A DNA stretch of 64,000 bases from Eledone cirrhosa (lineage: Eukaryota): assembly GCA_964016885.1 (NCBI GenBank), contig OZ024742.1, positions 279,620,001 to 279,684,000 on the forward strand. The letters run 5' to 3'. Positions 28,564-48,400 of the stretch are shown here, piece after piece. Position 1 is the first letter of the stretch; every line of letters begins with the position of its first letter. Position numbers and translations under genes: made by a program. Below the pieces are notes generated by a model that was not told the DNA's origin, did no database searches, and saw only the letters and a program-made list of their open reading frames with translations.

Positions 28564-34270
<5,707 letters not shown>

Positions 34271-34314
34271 TATGTATGTATGTATGTATATATATATATA
34301 GAGAGAGAGAGAGA

Positions 34315-34500
34315 AGGCGTGTGGCTGAGTGGTTAGAGAATTGGATTCGCAATCGTAAGGGTGTGAGTTCGATTCCTGGACCAGGCGATGCGTTATGTCC
34401 TTGAGCAAGACACTTTATTTCACGTTGCTCCTTCTACCTGGAGTTGCGACCGATAGATAGTATTAGCAATTGGAAAGACCAACGGAAACATTGTTCCCTC
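34315..34500 (+). mobile_element. tRNA-derived SINE
   Basis: A box tggctgagtgg and B box gttcgattcc, followed by tgtccttgagcaagacactt (V-SINE-domain-like). Confidence 0.8.
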
Positions 34501-34539
34501 GGTCAGATTTGACGAAAGTCGATCGTTTAAAAAAAAAAA

Positions 34540-35350
34540 AAAATATATAGTGCAACTTTATACGGGAACAAAACAGAGAGGCAGACGAATAAAGGTTTAT
34601 TAGGTTCACGCTTTTGAGAGTGTGAGTGTGGGAGGGGGGGATAACGACGTTTCGGGCATAAGCCCTTCGTCAGGAGTAAATAGGCTAGGAAGAGAGTGCA
34701 GAGGGTGTGTGGACATACATTTAGAAAAAAGGGGGAAGGAGAACAATTAAAAATAAAAGTAAACGTAAAAATAAAGATAAAGAATAAACAATAAGATGAA
34801 CAAGAGGTGGAAGGGTGTGAGGCGTGTAATTGGAGTTGGGAGAGGGAGGCGGGGGGAGGGGTCGAAGCGAGGAGGGCTGAAGGTGGTGTTTGTGTATGTG
34901 TGTAGGTGTACGTGAGTGTGTGTGTGTGTGTATGTATGTGAAAGTTTGAGGAAGAACGAGGTTCCATGTTCAGGAAAAGGTGTGTGCGTGGGGAGGGGTG
35001 TAAGTCGATGTGTGCGGGCGTGTGGAAGGAGAGGTTACAGGGAGTTGGGGAGGTGGCGTGTCGATTCCGGAGGTTGTGTATATGTGGGGGTACGCACGTG
35101 TGTGTTCTTGTTTATATGTGGTGTGGATGTGGGTGGCGTGGTGCGAAAAAAATATGGTTGTATGTTCGTGGGTAAGGTCCTGAGCTAGTTCCGTCGGATG
35201 TATCAAGAGTGCTGGATATTTTTCAAGATAAGGAGTGGATGGTTGGAGAGATGACCGAAGGTGTAGAATCCAATGCTGGTGGTGGTCGGAAGTGGAGAGA
35301 AGTGGGTTGCACGCGCAACAGGAAGTGGTCAGAAGGTCAAGACAGGGTGA

Positions 35351-35352
<2 letters not shown>
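34540..35352 (-). mobile_element. probable PLE 3' end with minimal hammerhead-like motif (34641-34677)
   Basis: Minus strand reads ctc-CTGACGA-a gggc ttat gccc-GAAAC-gtcg. The upstream region is pyrimidine-rich with a decayed LPVA..HF-like peptide. Confidence 0.55.
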
Positions 35353-35394
<42 letters not shown>

Positions 35395-35407
35395 ATGATA
35401 TATATAT

Positions 35408-36190
35408 AATTGGAAATCAGTAAAATCGAATCTCTGGCGGTTTGCAAGTAAATTCGGCCTACTTATATGAAATGATGAGTTTAGCAAAGCACTCGATAAG
35501 ATAGGGCCTCAGAGTTATAACATATGTTTAAATAGCTTGACAAATCGAACATTGTGGTAGGCGAAACTAACACACAATACATACCAAAGCAACGATAGAA
35601 CTAATCAGGTTGAGAAAAGTACACCTGGACAAATCAAACGGACCTACGTCTAAAGTGTTTCTCTGAATCCGAAATCAAATATCAGACTTACGTGAATGGC
35701 AAGCTCGTGGTGTGGTGACTGAACAGAGGACTCAGTTTATCAACAGGTCTTCGTTCTGCTTAGAACCGGAGTGATAAAATATATGTTGCTGCTCGGGTGG
35801 CTGCTAATCGTATCTATAGTTACAACGTGTTAATTCCGGCAAGGGAAATAACCACCGGTTTTTGGCGGGTCATTCAAATGCTAGCGAATGGAAATATTTT
35901 AATTTCCGCTAATCATCATGATAAGCTCTCGACTAGATGTTATAAAACTAACACAAATAATTAACCAATCAACAGAAATGTCCAATTAAATTAATTAGTT
36001 AATTATTAAATCTAGGAGATTAATATAATTGAAAATCAGTTAAGTCGAATCTCTGGCGGTTTGCAAGTAAATTCGGCCTCCTTATATGATGAGTTTAGCA
36101 AAGCACTCGATAAGATAGGGCTTCAGAGTTATAACATACGTTTAAATACCTTGACGAATCGAACATTGTGGTAAGCGAAACTAACACATA
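35408..36190. repeat. element with ~165-bp terminal direct repeats (period ~619 bp) between (TA)n tracts
   Basis: 35408-35575 recurs at 36027-36190. Confidence 0.8.
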
Positions 36191-36793
36191 ATATATATAT
36201 ATATATATATAGGAACGAGTAGGACCCCGACGGCTGAGCTCAAGCCGTTTCGACGGCTAATTCTGGAGTCCAGAATTAATTTATTTCATTACAAATTTAT
36301 GTAATATATTTATTATATTTATGTATATCATATGTATTCGCAAGAAAATACTACTTGCAATTTTTAAACATATTCTTTAACCTAGATTAGTAGAATGCTG
36401 TAATACTATTTTTTCCTGTTCATATTTTGATTCTCTAATATTTCACAAAATTAATACAATGAAATGTGCCCCAAAACATTAACAATTATCCAGATTTTCA
36501 GCTATAATATTTTTACCTAGACAAAATGAATAAATCTCGCATGATAATTTTTAATTTAATTGTAATGTGTTATACCCCACGAGCATAAATCATTCGCGTC
36601 ATGCTACGGCGGAAGTTTCAAACACTAATTTTAAACAATTTCTGGGAAAATACAGGCGTCTTTGCTTCGAGCAAGTTGGGTTTAACGGTGTGACGATTAT
36701 TTGAATATTATTTCAGAATATCGTAGTTTTAAGTCACGACAGAAAACAACTAAATGTATTATTGTCATTATACATATAAATATAAATATATAA

Positions 36794-36862
<69 letters not shown>

Positions 36863-36868
36863 TATATG

Positions 36869-36902
<34 letters not shown>

Positions 36903-36906
<4 letters not shown>

Positions 36907-37075
36907 AAAACATATGATCCCGACGGCTGAGCTCAAGCCGTTTCGACGGCTACTTCGAAACGGCTTGAGCTCTGCCGTCGGGGTCATACTTTTCCCATTT
37001 CCTACTCTACTACCCTAAGTATTGAGTACTCTGGTGCGTTATGGTCTATCTGGTTCCTTACCACAATTCCTATAT
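36903..37075. repeat. palindromic terminal-repeat fragment (family also at 36211, 50916-51110, 54867-55045, 61345)
   Basis: cccgacggctgagctcaagccgtttcga followed by its reverse complement. Confidence 0.85.
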
Positions 37076-37119
37076 CATGAAAATCAAAGGCAATCTAAGT
37101 GTCATATTAAAATAATGGA

Positions 37120-37300
37120 TTTTATTTTTGGCACAAGGCCAGCGATTATTTCAGTGCATTACTGGTACTTTATTTTATCGACCCCGTAAGGATGAAAGGC
37201 AAAGTTAACCTCGACGGCATTTGAACTCAGACCGGAAAGAGGCGTAACTCTATCCTGCAAAGCATGGCGTCCGACCCTCTACCGATACTGCCAATCCCCC
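37120..37300 (-). mobile_element. SINE
   Basis: Family motif as at 23610. Confidence 0.85.
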
Positions 37301-37981
37301 GAAGTACCATATTCAAATAATGAATCAGTATCCAATCCAGGAATTGCACCCACGAATTTTCGATCCTGAATCCAACAACCTTGCAATTAGGCCACTCACA
37401 TAAAGACACCCTACAACCACGATGGTGTTGAAAAATCAGCCGGCATATTCACTATTATTTTCTATGAAGTGGAATCCTGAAGGCCACTATTTCAAAATTC
37501 AGTGGTTTGAGCTGTAAATTTCAATTCAATTCATGTTACATATATTTACTCTGTTCCAATCATTTAGACCTTTTCACCGGGTCGAAATTAATTTGTAGGG
37601 TCTTGCCTCTGAGGCTCATGTGATCTGTCCTTCCTCCTCTGATTAAAACATTAAAATATTCTTTTCTCTCAATGTTCTCCAATCAGATCACGTACTATAT
37701 ATCAACATAGTTGAAATTCCTTTCCCTCTTTCAGGACAAAACTATTGAGTATCGTGTTTATTATGGTTGGCAGGGATAACACCCTTGAACTATTTCCATT
37801 TTAAATTACTTACAATCTTCTTAATAACGCCCCCACCAAACCACCACACACACACACAAACACAGACAATAACACACACACACACACACGCGCACATACA
37901 CACACACACAGGCACATGCATATAAATATGTGTGTGATGGGTGGAGGTTCGTGTTCATATGTTTGTGTATGTTCATGCAAA

Positions 37982-38012
<31 letters not shown>

Positions 38013-38149
38013 TGACACGTGCATACATATATACATACATACATACACACATATATACATACACATACACACAAAGATACATACATACATACATACATAC
38101 ATACATACATACATACATACATACATACATACATACATACATACATACA

Positions 38150-38261
38150 TGATGGCTGCCCTCTCGTTATCGAGTATGGCCATTACACGAGAAAAAAAAA
38201 AAATAATAATAATAAAAAAAAAAAAAAGAAATATATATATATACATATACATACACACACA

Positions 38262-38331
<70 letters not shown>

Positions 38332-41300
38332 TACACATATACACACACATACATTAATAACAATAATAATAATAATAATAATAACAACAATAATAATAAC
38401 GACAACAACAATAATGATATACATATACATATATATATACGTACACGCACACACATAAGCATATCTACACACACACACACGATAGCAACTAACAGTACTG
38501 CGATCGAATGTGGCTTTTTAGCCCAGCCAATGATCTAAAATGTCTTGCACAGAGTCGGCAACCAAAACATTCACTGGGAATAGTCGGCTGTGGTTGGAGT
38601 TCGTGTACTTTTGCATGTCGCTTGAGCCCTCCTGCTGATTTACATTCTCTACCACATGTTTGGCAAGCATGATGAGTAGCATCTCCAACAGCAGCCTGGT
38701 AGTCAACCACTGGTCTTACTTTATGACTGCGAAGATGACTTTCGAGTCCAGCTTTGATTAGGCAGAGTGTCGCACATACGCTGCATGTCAGCATCATAGG
38801 AGGACCCTCGCCGCCTGGAAGTGCAACAGCAATACCTTCCTCACATGCCGCTTTACTTTCTCGTATGCGATTCGAGATGCCTCAAAGGGAACTTTTCCCT
38901 CATATACAGTCTTTCTCCATTTATTACGATCAGCAGCAATATTCTCCCATGTATCAGCAGAGATGTTAGCGTCTTTCAGAGAGGCTTTCAAGGGATCCTT
39001 ATACCTCTTTTTTGGTTTATGTGGCGGTCGTTTTCCTTTAACCAACTCTCCATAAAAGAGTTGTTTTGGTATTCTAGAATCCTTCATCCTGGCAAGGTGA
39101 ACACTCCAACGGAGTCGTTGCTTAAGCACAAGAGCTTCTATACTGTCACACAGAGAGCTTTCCAAAATCTCGACATCACTGATGTGGTCCCTCCAGTGAA
39201 CGCCATGGATACGTCTGAGACACATCTGATGGAAACGCTCCAATTGCTTAAGGTGGTGTCGATATGTGACCCAGGTCTCCCAGGCATAAAGAAGACAAGA
39301 GAGCACACATGCCCTGTACACCTTTAACTTTGTCCTCCTGCATATGTCTCGCCGACCCCAGAGTCACCTTTCTAGCTTTCCGAAAGCATCACTTGCTTTC
39401 CAAATCCTAAGTGAGATTTCACTGTCAAGGTTGCTGTATCGATTGACAGTGCTTCCCAGGTAGACAAACTGATCAACAACTCCAAGTCGTTTGCCTTACA
39501 CATAGATGTTTGGTTCAGTGTACTGCTTACCAGGGGCAGGTTGGTACATGACGACGGTTTTCTTGAGACTGACAGTCAGACCTAGTGCAGTGTAAGCGTC
39601 AGAAAATGCATTCAAAATGTGCTGCATATCACTTTCTGTGTGCGCTACAAGATCGCAATGATCTGGATACAAGAGGTCTCTTATGATTGATGTAAACACT
39701 TTTGTTTCGCAGCAAAGCGCCTGATGTTAAATATGCTGCCTGAGGTTCGATATCGGATGTAAACACCATGCTCGCAATTCCTGAATGCAATACAGAAAAC
39801 CATTGCAAAGTATATGGCAAACAGGATCGGTGCTGGAATATCCCCCTGCTTCACTCCATTTTTTACTGAGATAGGCTCCGACATGTTACCCCCGTTAATG
39901 TTACCATGTTAACCCAAGCCTTCATGTCGTGATGGAAAGACCTAACTAAAGCAAGGAACTTATCAGGGCAACCAAGTTTCTGGAGAACCTTCCATAATGA
40001 ATCTCTGTTAACAGTATCGAAAGCTTTTGTCAGATCGAGAAAAATCTGATACAGATCCAAGCCTTGTTCCATGCACTTCTCCTGGAGCTGTCTAGCTGAG
40101 AAGATCATATCAGTAGTGCCGCGTCCAGCACGAAAGCCAGATTGACTTTCAGGAAGAACACAATCTGCAATGTTTGTCAGTAGACGGTCCAGAAGCACCT
40201 TACATAAAATCTTTCCCTACGACAGAAAGCAATGATATACCTCTGTAGTTCCCACAATCGTTCCTGTTACCCTTTCCCTTGTACAAGACCACCATTACTC
40301 CATCTCTCCAGTCCTCAGGTACGGATTCATTAGCCCATATCCTGCCAAACAAAGAGTGAAGATGTTGCAGGAGTCTCTCATCACCATATTGTAGGAGCTC
40401 AGCATGTATGCCATCCCTACCTGGAGATCTTCCACTGTTCAGCTTCGAAATAGCCACTGCAACCTCCACAGGCGTGGGAGGTTCTGCGAGAGCTACTTTC
40501 ACGGGACTTTCTGGAATGAGATTGAGGAAATCTTCACTGACGACAGACGGCTGATTCTAAAGATCATCAAAGTGCTCTCGCCACCTTCGTAGAATTCCTT
40601 GTGAGTCACGAAGAAGTTCTTTGCCATCTCTGCTGCTAAGCGGTGTCACCAGAGAAGAAGACGGTCCATAAACCTCACACAAGAGACTGTACAACAGCTT
40701 TGTGTTATTGGAATCAGACGCAGTTTGTATCTCACCAGCCTTCTCACTCCACCACTGATCCTTCATCTGAGAAAGACTCCGCCTAACACGTGATTTTACA
40801 TCCCTGAGTTCCTCATGCAACGTATTCCTCTCCTGTGGTTTTGCCGTCAAGTAACGTGACAGAGCACGCCTCTTATCAGCCAACAAGTCTTCTATATGTA
40901 CATCATTCCCATCAAACCAGTTCTGATGGTTCCTCTGCGCCAATCCCAGAACACGCCTGCCTACATCATAAACCGACTTTTTAAGGGTCGGCCAATCCTC
41001 ACCAAGATCTGCAGCCTGCATCTCTTCTTCCAATGTCCTCTTCACATTTTTATCCTTAAGACGAGCAGCATTCAATCTTTTGGGCAGGGCAACACCATGA
41101 CCCCGGATTTTACGTTTAGTGATTAGTTTCACTTTTGCGCGTACAAGGCGGTGGTCCGTCCAGCACTCAGCTCCACGAAGAACACGAACACACTGCACAT
41201 CCTGTCTGTCACGCATCCTGACTAGGACGTAGTCCAAAAGATGCCATTCCTTAGATGCAGGATGCATCCATATAGTCTTAAATTTGTTCTTTTGTTGGAA

Positions 41301-42425
41301 CATGGTGTTGGTAACACACAGATCCAGCTCCTGACACATCTTCAGCAGGAGCATACCATTGCTGTTACACTTCCCCACCCCATGCCTTCCGATTACATTC
41401 CATGTGGTAAAATCTCTACCCACTCTAGCATTAAAGTCACCAAGCACGATGACCTTGTCTGCCTGAGGGATATTTCTTAAAACACCTTTCAAGGCATGGT
41501 AAAAGGACATCTTTTCCTCATCGACAGAACTCATAGTTGAAGCATACACACTCACCGGGGTAGCATATCTTCCCTTGTCCAGCTGAACTCTCGTGGACAT
41601 AAGACGCTCACTAATCCCTACTGGGAATTCTTCTAATTTGTTCACAAGCACAGTCTTAACAACAAATCCTACCGCAGCCTCTCTTCTGGTTCCTTCATCT
41701 CTTGCTTTCCAGAAGAATGTATATCGTCCACAAAATTTCGTAAGATAACCATCTCCAGCTGGCCTCGTCTCAGAAAAAGCCACGATGTCAAGATCGTAAC
41801 GTCGAAGCTCCTCTGCAACAGGAGCGGTCCTTCGTTCAGGACGCCCCAAGGAATCCCTGTCAAGCAGCGTCCGTAGTTCCAGGAGCCAATACTAAATGCT
41901 TTGTTTGGCTCTATTACAATGGCACGATGACGAGCGGGCCCAGGCTGTGATAACCTGGGGCTCCTGCCCTTATTGCCAATGATCTTTTTTGTTCCAGAAC
42001 CTAAATTGCCAATTATCTCTTTTATATTGTTCTGGAACATCATTGAATTGGAAAAAAAAAAAAAAGTAATAATTATAGTAATAATATTAGTAATAATAAT
42101 AATAATAATAATAATAATAGTACACTATTAATAATTATTAATGCACTCGTGCAATGCCTGTGCGTGACGAATATTTTTAAAGTGAGGAAAGACTGTGCAC
42201 TGAGCCAATCCCACTCTTTGAGCGACAGTAGCTATAACCCGAAAAGAAGAAAAGATCAACATCATCGGTAACTACTGAGCCGCAGGTTTTATGTCGGAGT
42301 TAACCCAGTTTCCTGAGATGCCTTCTCCTAGAAGAATGCCCTGACAAGGGCTAGGGGTTCTTCACTCCCAGTGGTTTAACTGAGCGATCGGGCATCCAGC
42401 CCGATTATTTCTATGTCCCCGCGCA
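38150..42425 (-). mobile_element. near full-length RTE-clade (BovB-like) LINE, pseudogenised
   Basis: APE domain (GSWN, FSETR, LGDFNARVG, LDYVL, TDHRLV) and RT domain (YRGISLLS, QSGFRAGRGT, DLTKAFDTV, GVKQG, LYPDHC for YADD). It continues with LRWSVHLARM and C-terminal C2H2 fingers, and ends in an (ATGT)n tail. Multiple frameshifts are present. Confidence 0.93.
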
Positions 42426-43479
42426 AAAAAAAAAAAAAAAAAATCACTTATTGACACTTATACGTACGACATACACACACGCGCATAGATATGCGCGCAC
42501 ACAGCAACACTCATACATACAAACAAACCCACAGACGATACTCTACTCACACTCACACACACACATATATATATATATTTATATTACTGTCATTACTGAT
42601 ACAAGATTACAAGATTATGTCAACTGTTGACTTTCAAGTGTTTGTATAGTTGAAGCCGATCGTACTACAGTCCAGTTTTATTATAATTGCTTTACAGCAT
42701 AGAGTCACAGCCCTCCACGCTCTGAGCTCAAATCCCGCCGAGGTCAACCTTGCCTTTCATCCCCACGGAGTCAACAAAAGAGAGTGCCAGTGATGCGCTG
42801 GGCCAGTCGCTGGATCCGTGCCAAAAGCAGAAAAATTATTATTAAAGTTGTTTTCTTAAGGCCCGGTCGCTGGTGATGGTGATGGCGGCGGCGGTAGTGG
42901 TGTTGGTGGCAGTTGATGTTGTTGTTGTGTTGTGTGCGTGTGTGTGTGTGTGTTTTGTTATTTTGAGTTTTTTTTTGTTTTTTTGCTTTTTTTCCCCTTC
43001 TTTTTCTTTTTTTTTATCTTTTGATGCCGTTGTTGTTGTTGTTACATACATACATACATACGTATCCCCTTATCTCATGTTTCGTGGATGTAAGTAAATA
43101 TTACTTCATTTTATTTTTTCTGTCTTTGTCCCCCTTTGTTCGGGGATTCACACACAGCATGATTATCAGTGTTTTTCTCCTTCTCCATACACCCAACAGT
43201 CTTATCATCACTTGCCTGATTTCTGTCGACGTTTGTTTTAACAAGGAATATTCCGATCGTTTCACTATTCATAATCTATGATAACGTCTTCTGTTTCTCT
43301 CTTTAATCCACCGACGAAAACCATTTATTTCTCTAGCTATTTATTGAGTGAGTTTGAACATTTTTATTCATTTTTACCTTCATATCCCTGTTTCAATTCC
43401 GTTAATTATCTCGTCAATTTTTTGTTTCCTTTATCATTATTTTCATTTTCTCAAGACACTCGATTGGCAGAGTCACTGG

Positions 43480-43770
43480 CACAGATTCAGAAGCTCCCGC
43501 GTCTTGCGATGCATCAGGCAATCATAGTGTTCCATCGCGTTCGGTCAGCAGCAAGATGCACAGCGTCCCGCCATTGTCTGTTTGTCGCCCGCAGGTCCCT
43601 CTCAACTGTCTGGCGCCAGTTCATTTTGGGTTGCCCTCGCCGTCTGTTTCCCTGCGGGCTCCATTTAAATACTTAGTTCGCCAGTCTCTCCGGGGGAAGT
43701 CTCAAAGCGTGTCCAAACCAGCTCAGGCGTCGCTTGCAGATGGTAGAAGAGACTAGCTGCTGTTGGTGCC
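43480..43770 (-). mobile_element. 3' fragment of a second RTE-group LINE
   Basis: Minus frame reads ICKRRLSWFGHALRLPPERLAN.VFKWSPQGNRRRGQPKMNWRQTVERDL...AADRTRW. Confidence 0.8.
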
Positions 43771-43775
43771 ACCAA

Positions 43776-43952
43776 ATGTCGAATTTTAACCGTCTTGGGA
43801 TCTTGGATCAGATCCATTTAGCTGGGGAAGATGAAGATGATTTGTACTCTGGATATAAGGAATCAAACCGTATTTTTGATAACGAGGACTTGGCTGATGA
43901 TCCAAACTTTCAGAAAGCTGTGCTACAAACTAGCCATGGTCGGCGAGCACCA
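43776..43952 (+). pseudogene. IFT88: IFT88 (intraflagellar transport 88) N-terminal coding fragment; 5' exon or retrocopy
   Basis: QIHLAGEDEDDLYSGY...DNEDLADDPNFQKAVLQTSHGRRAP matches, from recall, the animal IFT88 N-terminus (VHLAPETDEDDLYSGYNDYNP..DIEELENDAAFQQAVRTSHGRRPP). Similarity stops there and no further exons were recognised. Confidence 0.75.
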
Positions 43953-45477
43953 CTAGTTCGAGTCACTGGACTCTCGGAAATATTGCCATGCGGCATTTGT
44001 ACCGGAAATTTAGACGCTGAGTTCAAATTCTCCCGAAGTCAACTTAGCCTCTCCTCAATCCGAGGTGAAGAATCTGAGTACAAGGCAAATAGGGAATGTA
44101 TTCTTTCACCGTCTCATTCACAATCTTTCTCTCTGTCTCTCTCATTGCCATATCAGCTGTATGCCGATCTAGAGAGGAAAGATACAATCAGGTGTTATAG
44201 ACCCTTAAACATTGTATGGCATAACAATTTACAAAATTTGCTTTCCACAGCTTTATTTAACTGGTCTAATGTTTGTATTCTCTAAAGTTGTTTACTCGCA
44301 TAGGTGCTAGAGTCTCGGAGACATTGCCAAGCAGCATTTGTATAGAGTCTTTACACACTGAATTCAAATTCCACCGGGTTCAACCACGCCCTTCATCCGT
44401 CCATGGTCAATAGAATAAAATACCCGTCTTTTACCTGGCTTGATATAACGACATTTCTCTTTTGTGTAAATTTTCTGTACCTGAGATTATATAGATAATG
44501 GGAAATTTTGTTTATCTCTTCCAGAAAAGTAACTTAAATGATCTCTCTTTCATGATAGTTAATAGTATTACCATCCTTAGAGCGGTGGATATTTCAGTAT
44601 CATTATAGTAGCGGACATAATGTTCTAAGGTATTTATTTTGACTCATTAAATTCCCGCTGCGATGAAATTTACCCTTCATCTATCTGTACTCAATAATTT
44701 CAAGTACCAATCTAGTCGATCAGTCGATTTACCCAACCACGGCATGTCCCTCATTGCGCGTTACTTTCATGGGAACGATGATCCGTTGATCAAAAAACCG
44801 AAATATATATGACTAAAACCGATGGAGGTCCAACGCAGGTATGTATGTATGCACTAATGTTTACAGCAACAACAGCTTCATGATGAAATGAAATGAACAT
44901 TTACAATAACAGCGGCATCAAACGATAAAAAAGGGGAAAAAAGAAAAAAAAAACACACACACACAACACAACAACTACATCAACTGCCAGCACCACCACC
45001 ACCAGCGATCGGGCCTTAAGAAAACAACAACTTTAATAATAATAATTGTTCTGCTTTGGCACAGAGCTAGCCATTGTTCCAGCACATTACTGGTGCTCTC
45101 TTTTGTTGATTCCGTGGGGATGAAAGGCAAGGTTGACCTCGGCGGGATTTGAGCTCGGAGCGTGGAGGGCCATAGCTCTATGCTGTAAAGCAATGGTAAT
45201 AATACTGAACGGTAACACCAACAGCTTCAACTATACGAACTCTTTCGAAAGTCAACAGTTGACATAATGTTGTAATCTTGTATCAGTAATGACGGTAATA
45301 TATATATATATATATATATATATTGTGTGTGCGTGTGTGTATGTGAGTAGCATGTGTGTGTTTGTTTGTATGCATGAGTGTTGGTGTGTGCGTGCGTATG
45401 TATGTGTGTGTGTGCGCGTCTGTGTATGTCGTACGTATGAGTGTCAATAAGTGAGTTTTTTTATTTTTTATTTATGC

Positions 45478-48400
45478 GCGGGGACATAGAAATAGTCGGG
45501 CTGGATACCTGATCGCAGAGTTAAACCACTGGGAGTGAAGAACCCCTAGCCCGTGTCAGGGCATTCTTCTAGGAGACGGCATCTCAGGAAACTGGGTTAA
45601 CACCGACAAAAAACTCAGTAGTTACCGATGATGTTGATCTTTTCTTCTTTTCGGGTTATAGCTACTGTCGCTCAGAGAGTGGGGTTGGCTCAGTGCACAG
45701 TCTTTCCTCACTTTAAAAATATTCTTCACGCGCAGGCATTGCATGATTGCATTAATTAATAATAATTATTATTATTGTAACTATTATTATTACTTTTTTT
45801 CCCCCCAATTCAATGATGTTCCAAACCAATATAAAAGATATAATTGGCAATAAGGGTTCTGGAACAAAAGGGATAGTTGGCAATAAGTGCAGAGCTCTCA
45901 GGTTATCACAGCCTGAGCCCGCTCGTCATCGTGCCACTGTAATAGAGCCAAACAAGGCATTTAGTCTTGGCTGCTGGAACGTACGGACGCTCCCTGACAG
46001 GGATTCCTTGCAACGTCCCGAACGAAGAACCGCTCTTGTTGCAAAGGAGCTGCTACATTACGATCTTAAGATTGTAGCTTTATCTGAGACGAGGTTAGCT
46101 GGAGATGGTCATCTTACAGAATATTGTGGAGAATATACATTCTTCTGGAAAGGAAGAGACGAAGGAACCAGAAGAGATGTTAGAGTAGCATTTGCTGTTA
46201 AGACTATTTTGTGAATACATTAGACGAATTCCCAGTAGGGATTAGTGAGCGTCTTATGTCCATGAGAATTCCGCCGGACAAAGGAAGATATGCGACCCTG
46301 GTGAGTGTGTATGCTCCAACTATTAATTCTGTCGATGAAGAAAAAGTGTCCTTTTACCATGCCTTGAAAGTTGTTTTAATAAATATCCCTCAGGCAGACA
46401 AAGGCGTCGTGCTTGGTGACTTTAATGCTAGAGTGGATAGGGATTTTAACACATGGAATGTAATCGAAAGTCATGGGTGGGAATGTGTAACAACAATGGT
46501 ATGCTCCTGCTGAAGATGTGTCAGGAGCTGGATCTGTGTGTTACCAACACCATGTTCCAACAAAAGAACAAATTTAAGACTCACAAGGAATTCTACGAAG
46601 GTGGCGAGAGTACTTTCATGAGCTTTTGAATCATCCGTCTGTCGTCAATGAAGATTTCCTCAATCTCATTCCACAAAGTCCCGTCAATGTAGATCTCGCA
46701 GCACCTCCGACACTTGTGGAGGTTACGGTGGCTATCTCGAAGCAGAGCAGTGTAAAGTCTCCAGGTATGAATGGCATACATGCAGAGCTCCTACAATATG
46801 GTGGTGAGAGACTCCTGCAACATCTTCACTCGTTGTTTGGCAGGATATGGGATAATGAATCCGTACTTGAGGACTGGAGGGTGGCAGTAATGGTGGTCTG
46901 GTACAAGTGAAATTGTAACAGGAATGATTGTGAGAACTACAGAGGTATATCATTGCTTTCTGTCGTAGTGAAAATTTTATGTAGGTTTCTTTCTGGACCG
47001 TTTGCTGACACACATTGCAGATTGTGTTCAATCTGGATGTCGTACTGGACGCGGCACTACTGATATGATCTTTTCAGCTATACAGCTCCAGGAGAAGTGC
47101 ATGGAACAAGGTTTGGATCTGTAACAGAGTTTTGTCGATCTGACAAAAGCTTTCGATACTGTTAACAGAAATGCATTATGGAAGGTTCTCCAGAAAATTG
47201 GTTGCCCTGATAAGTTCCTTGCTTTAGTTAGGTCTTTCCATGATGACATGAAGGGTTGTGTTAATGTCGGAGGTAACATGTCGGAGCCTATCTCAGTATA
47301 AAATGGAGTGAAACAGGGGGATATTCCAGCACCGACCCTGTTTGCCATATACGTTGCAATGGTTATCTATATTGCATTCAGGAATTGCGAGCATGGTGTT
47401 TACATCCGATATCGAACCTCAGGCAGCATATTTAACATGAGGCGCATTGCTGAAAAAACAAAAGTATTTACATCAATCATAAGAGTCTCTTGTATGCAGG
47501 TGATTGCGATCTTGTAACGTCCACAGAGAGTGATATGAAGCACATTTTGAATGCGTTTCCCTGATGCTTGCATTGCCCTAGCATTGACTGTCAGTCTCAA
47601 GAAAACCGTCGTCATGTACCAACCTGTCCCTGGTAAGCAGTACTCTAAACCAAATATCTATGTGTATGGTAAACGACTTGGAGTGGTTGATCAGTTTTCC
47701 TCCCTGGGAAGCCCTGTCAATCAATACAGCAACCTTGATAATGAAATCCCACTCAGGATTAGGAAAGCGAGTGATGCTTTTGGAAAGCTAGAAAGGCAAC
47801 TCTGGGGTCGGCAGGACATATGTAACACGACAATGGTAAAGGTGTACAAGGCATGTGTGCTTTCTTCTCTTCTTTATACCTGCGAGACCTGGGTCACATA
47901 TCGACACCACCTTAAATAATTGGAGCGTTTCCATCAGATGTGTCTCAGACGGATCCATGGCGTTCACTGGAGGGACCACATCAGTGATGTCGAGATTTTG
48001 GGAAGCTCTCTGTGTGACAGTATAGAAGCTATTGTGCTTAAGCAACGACTTCGTTTGAGTGTTGACCTTGCCAGGATGAAGGATTCTAGAATACCAAAAC
48101 AACTCTTTTATGGAGAGTTAGTTAAAGGAAAACAACCGCCACATAAACCAAAAAAAGAGGTATAAGGATTCCTTGAAAGCCCCTTGAATAAACGCTAACA
48201 TCTCTGCTGATACATGGGAATATGTTGTTGCTGATCGTAATTAATGGATAAAGATTGTATATGAGGGGGAAATTGCCTTTGAGGCATCTCGAATCGCATA
48301 CGAGAAAGTAAAGCGAGATGTGAGGAAGGGCAATAATGTTGCATTTCCAGACGGAGAAGGTCCTCCAATGGCGCCAACATGCAGCGTCTGTGCGAGACTC

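Noticed and set aside
34315-34390. tRNA gene
   Set aside because: A and B boxes are present, but the acceptor stem is poor and the sequence continues into a SINE body.
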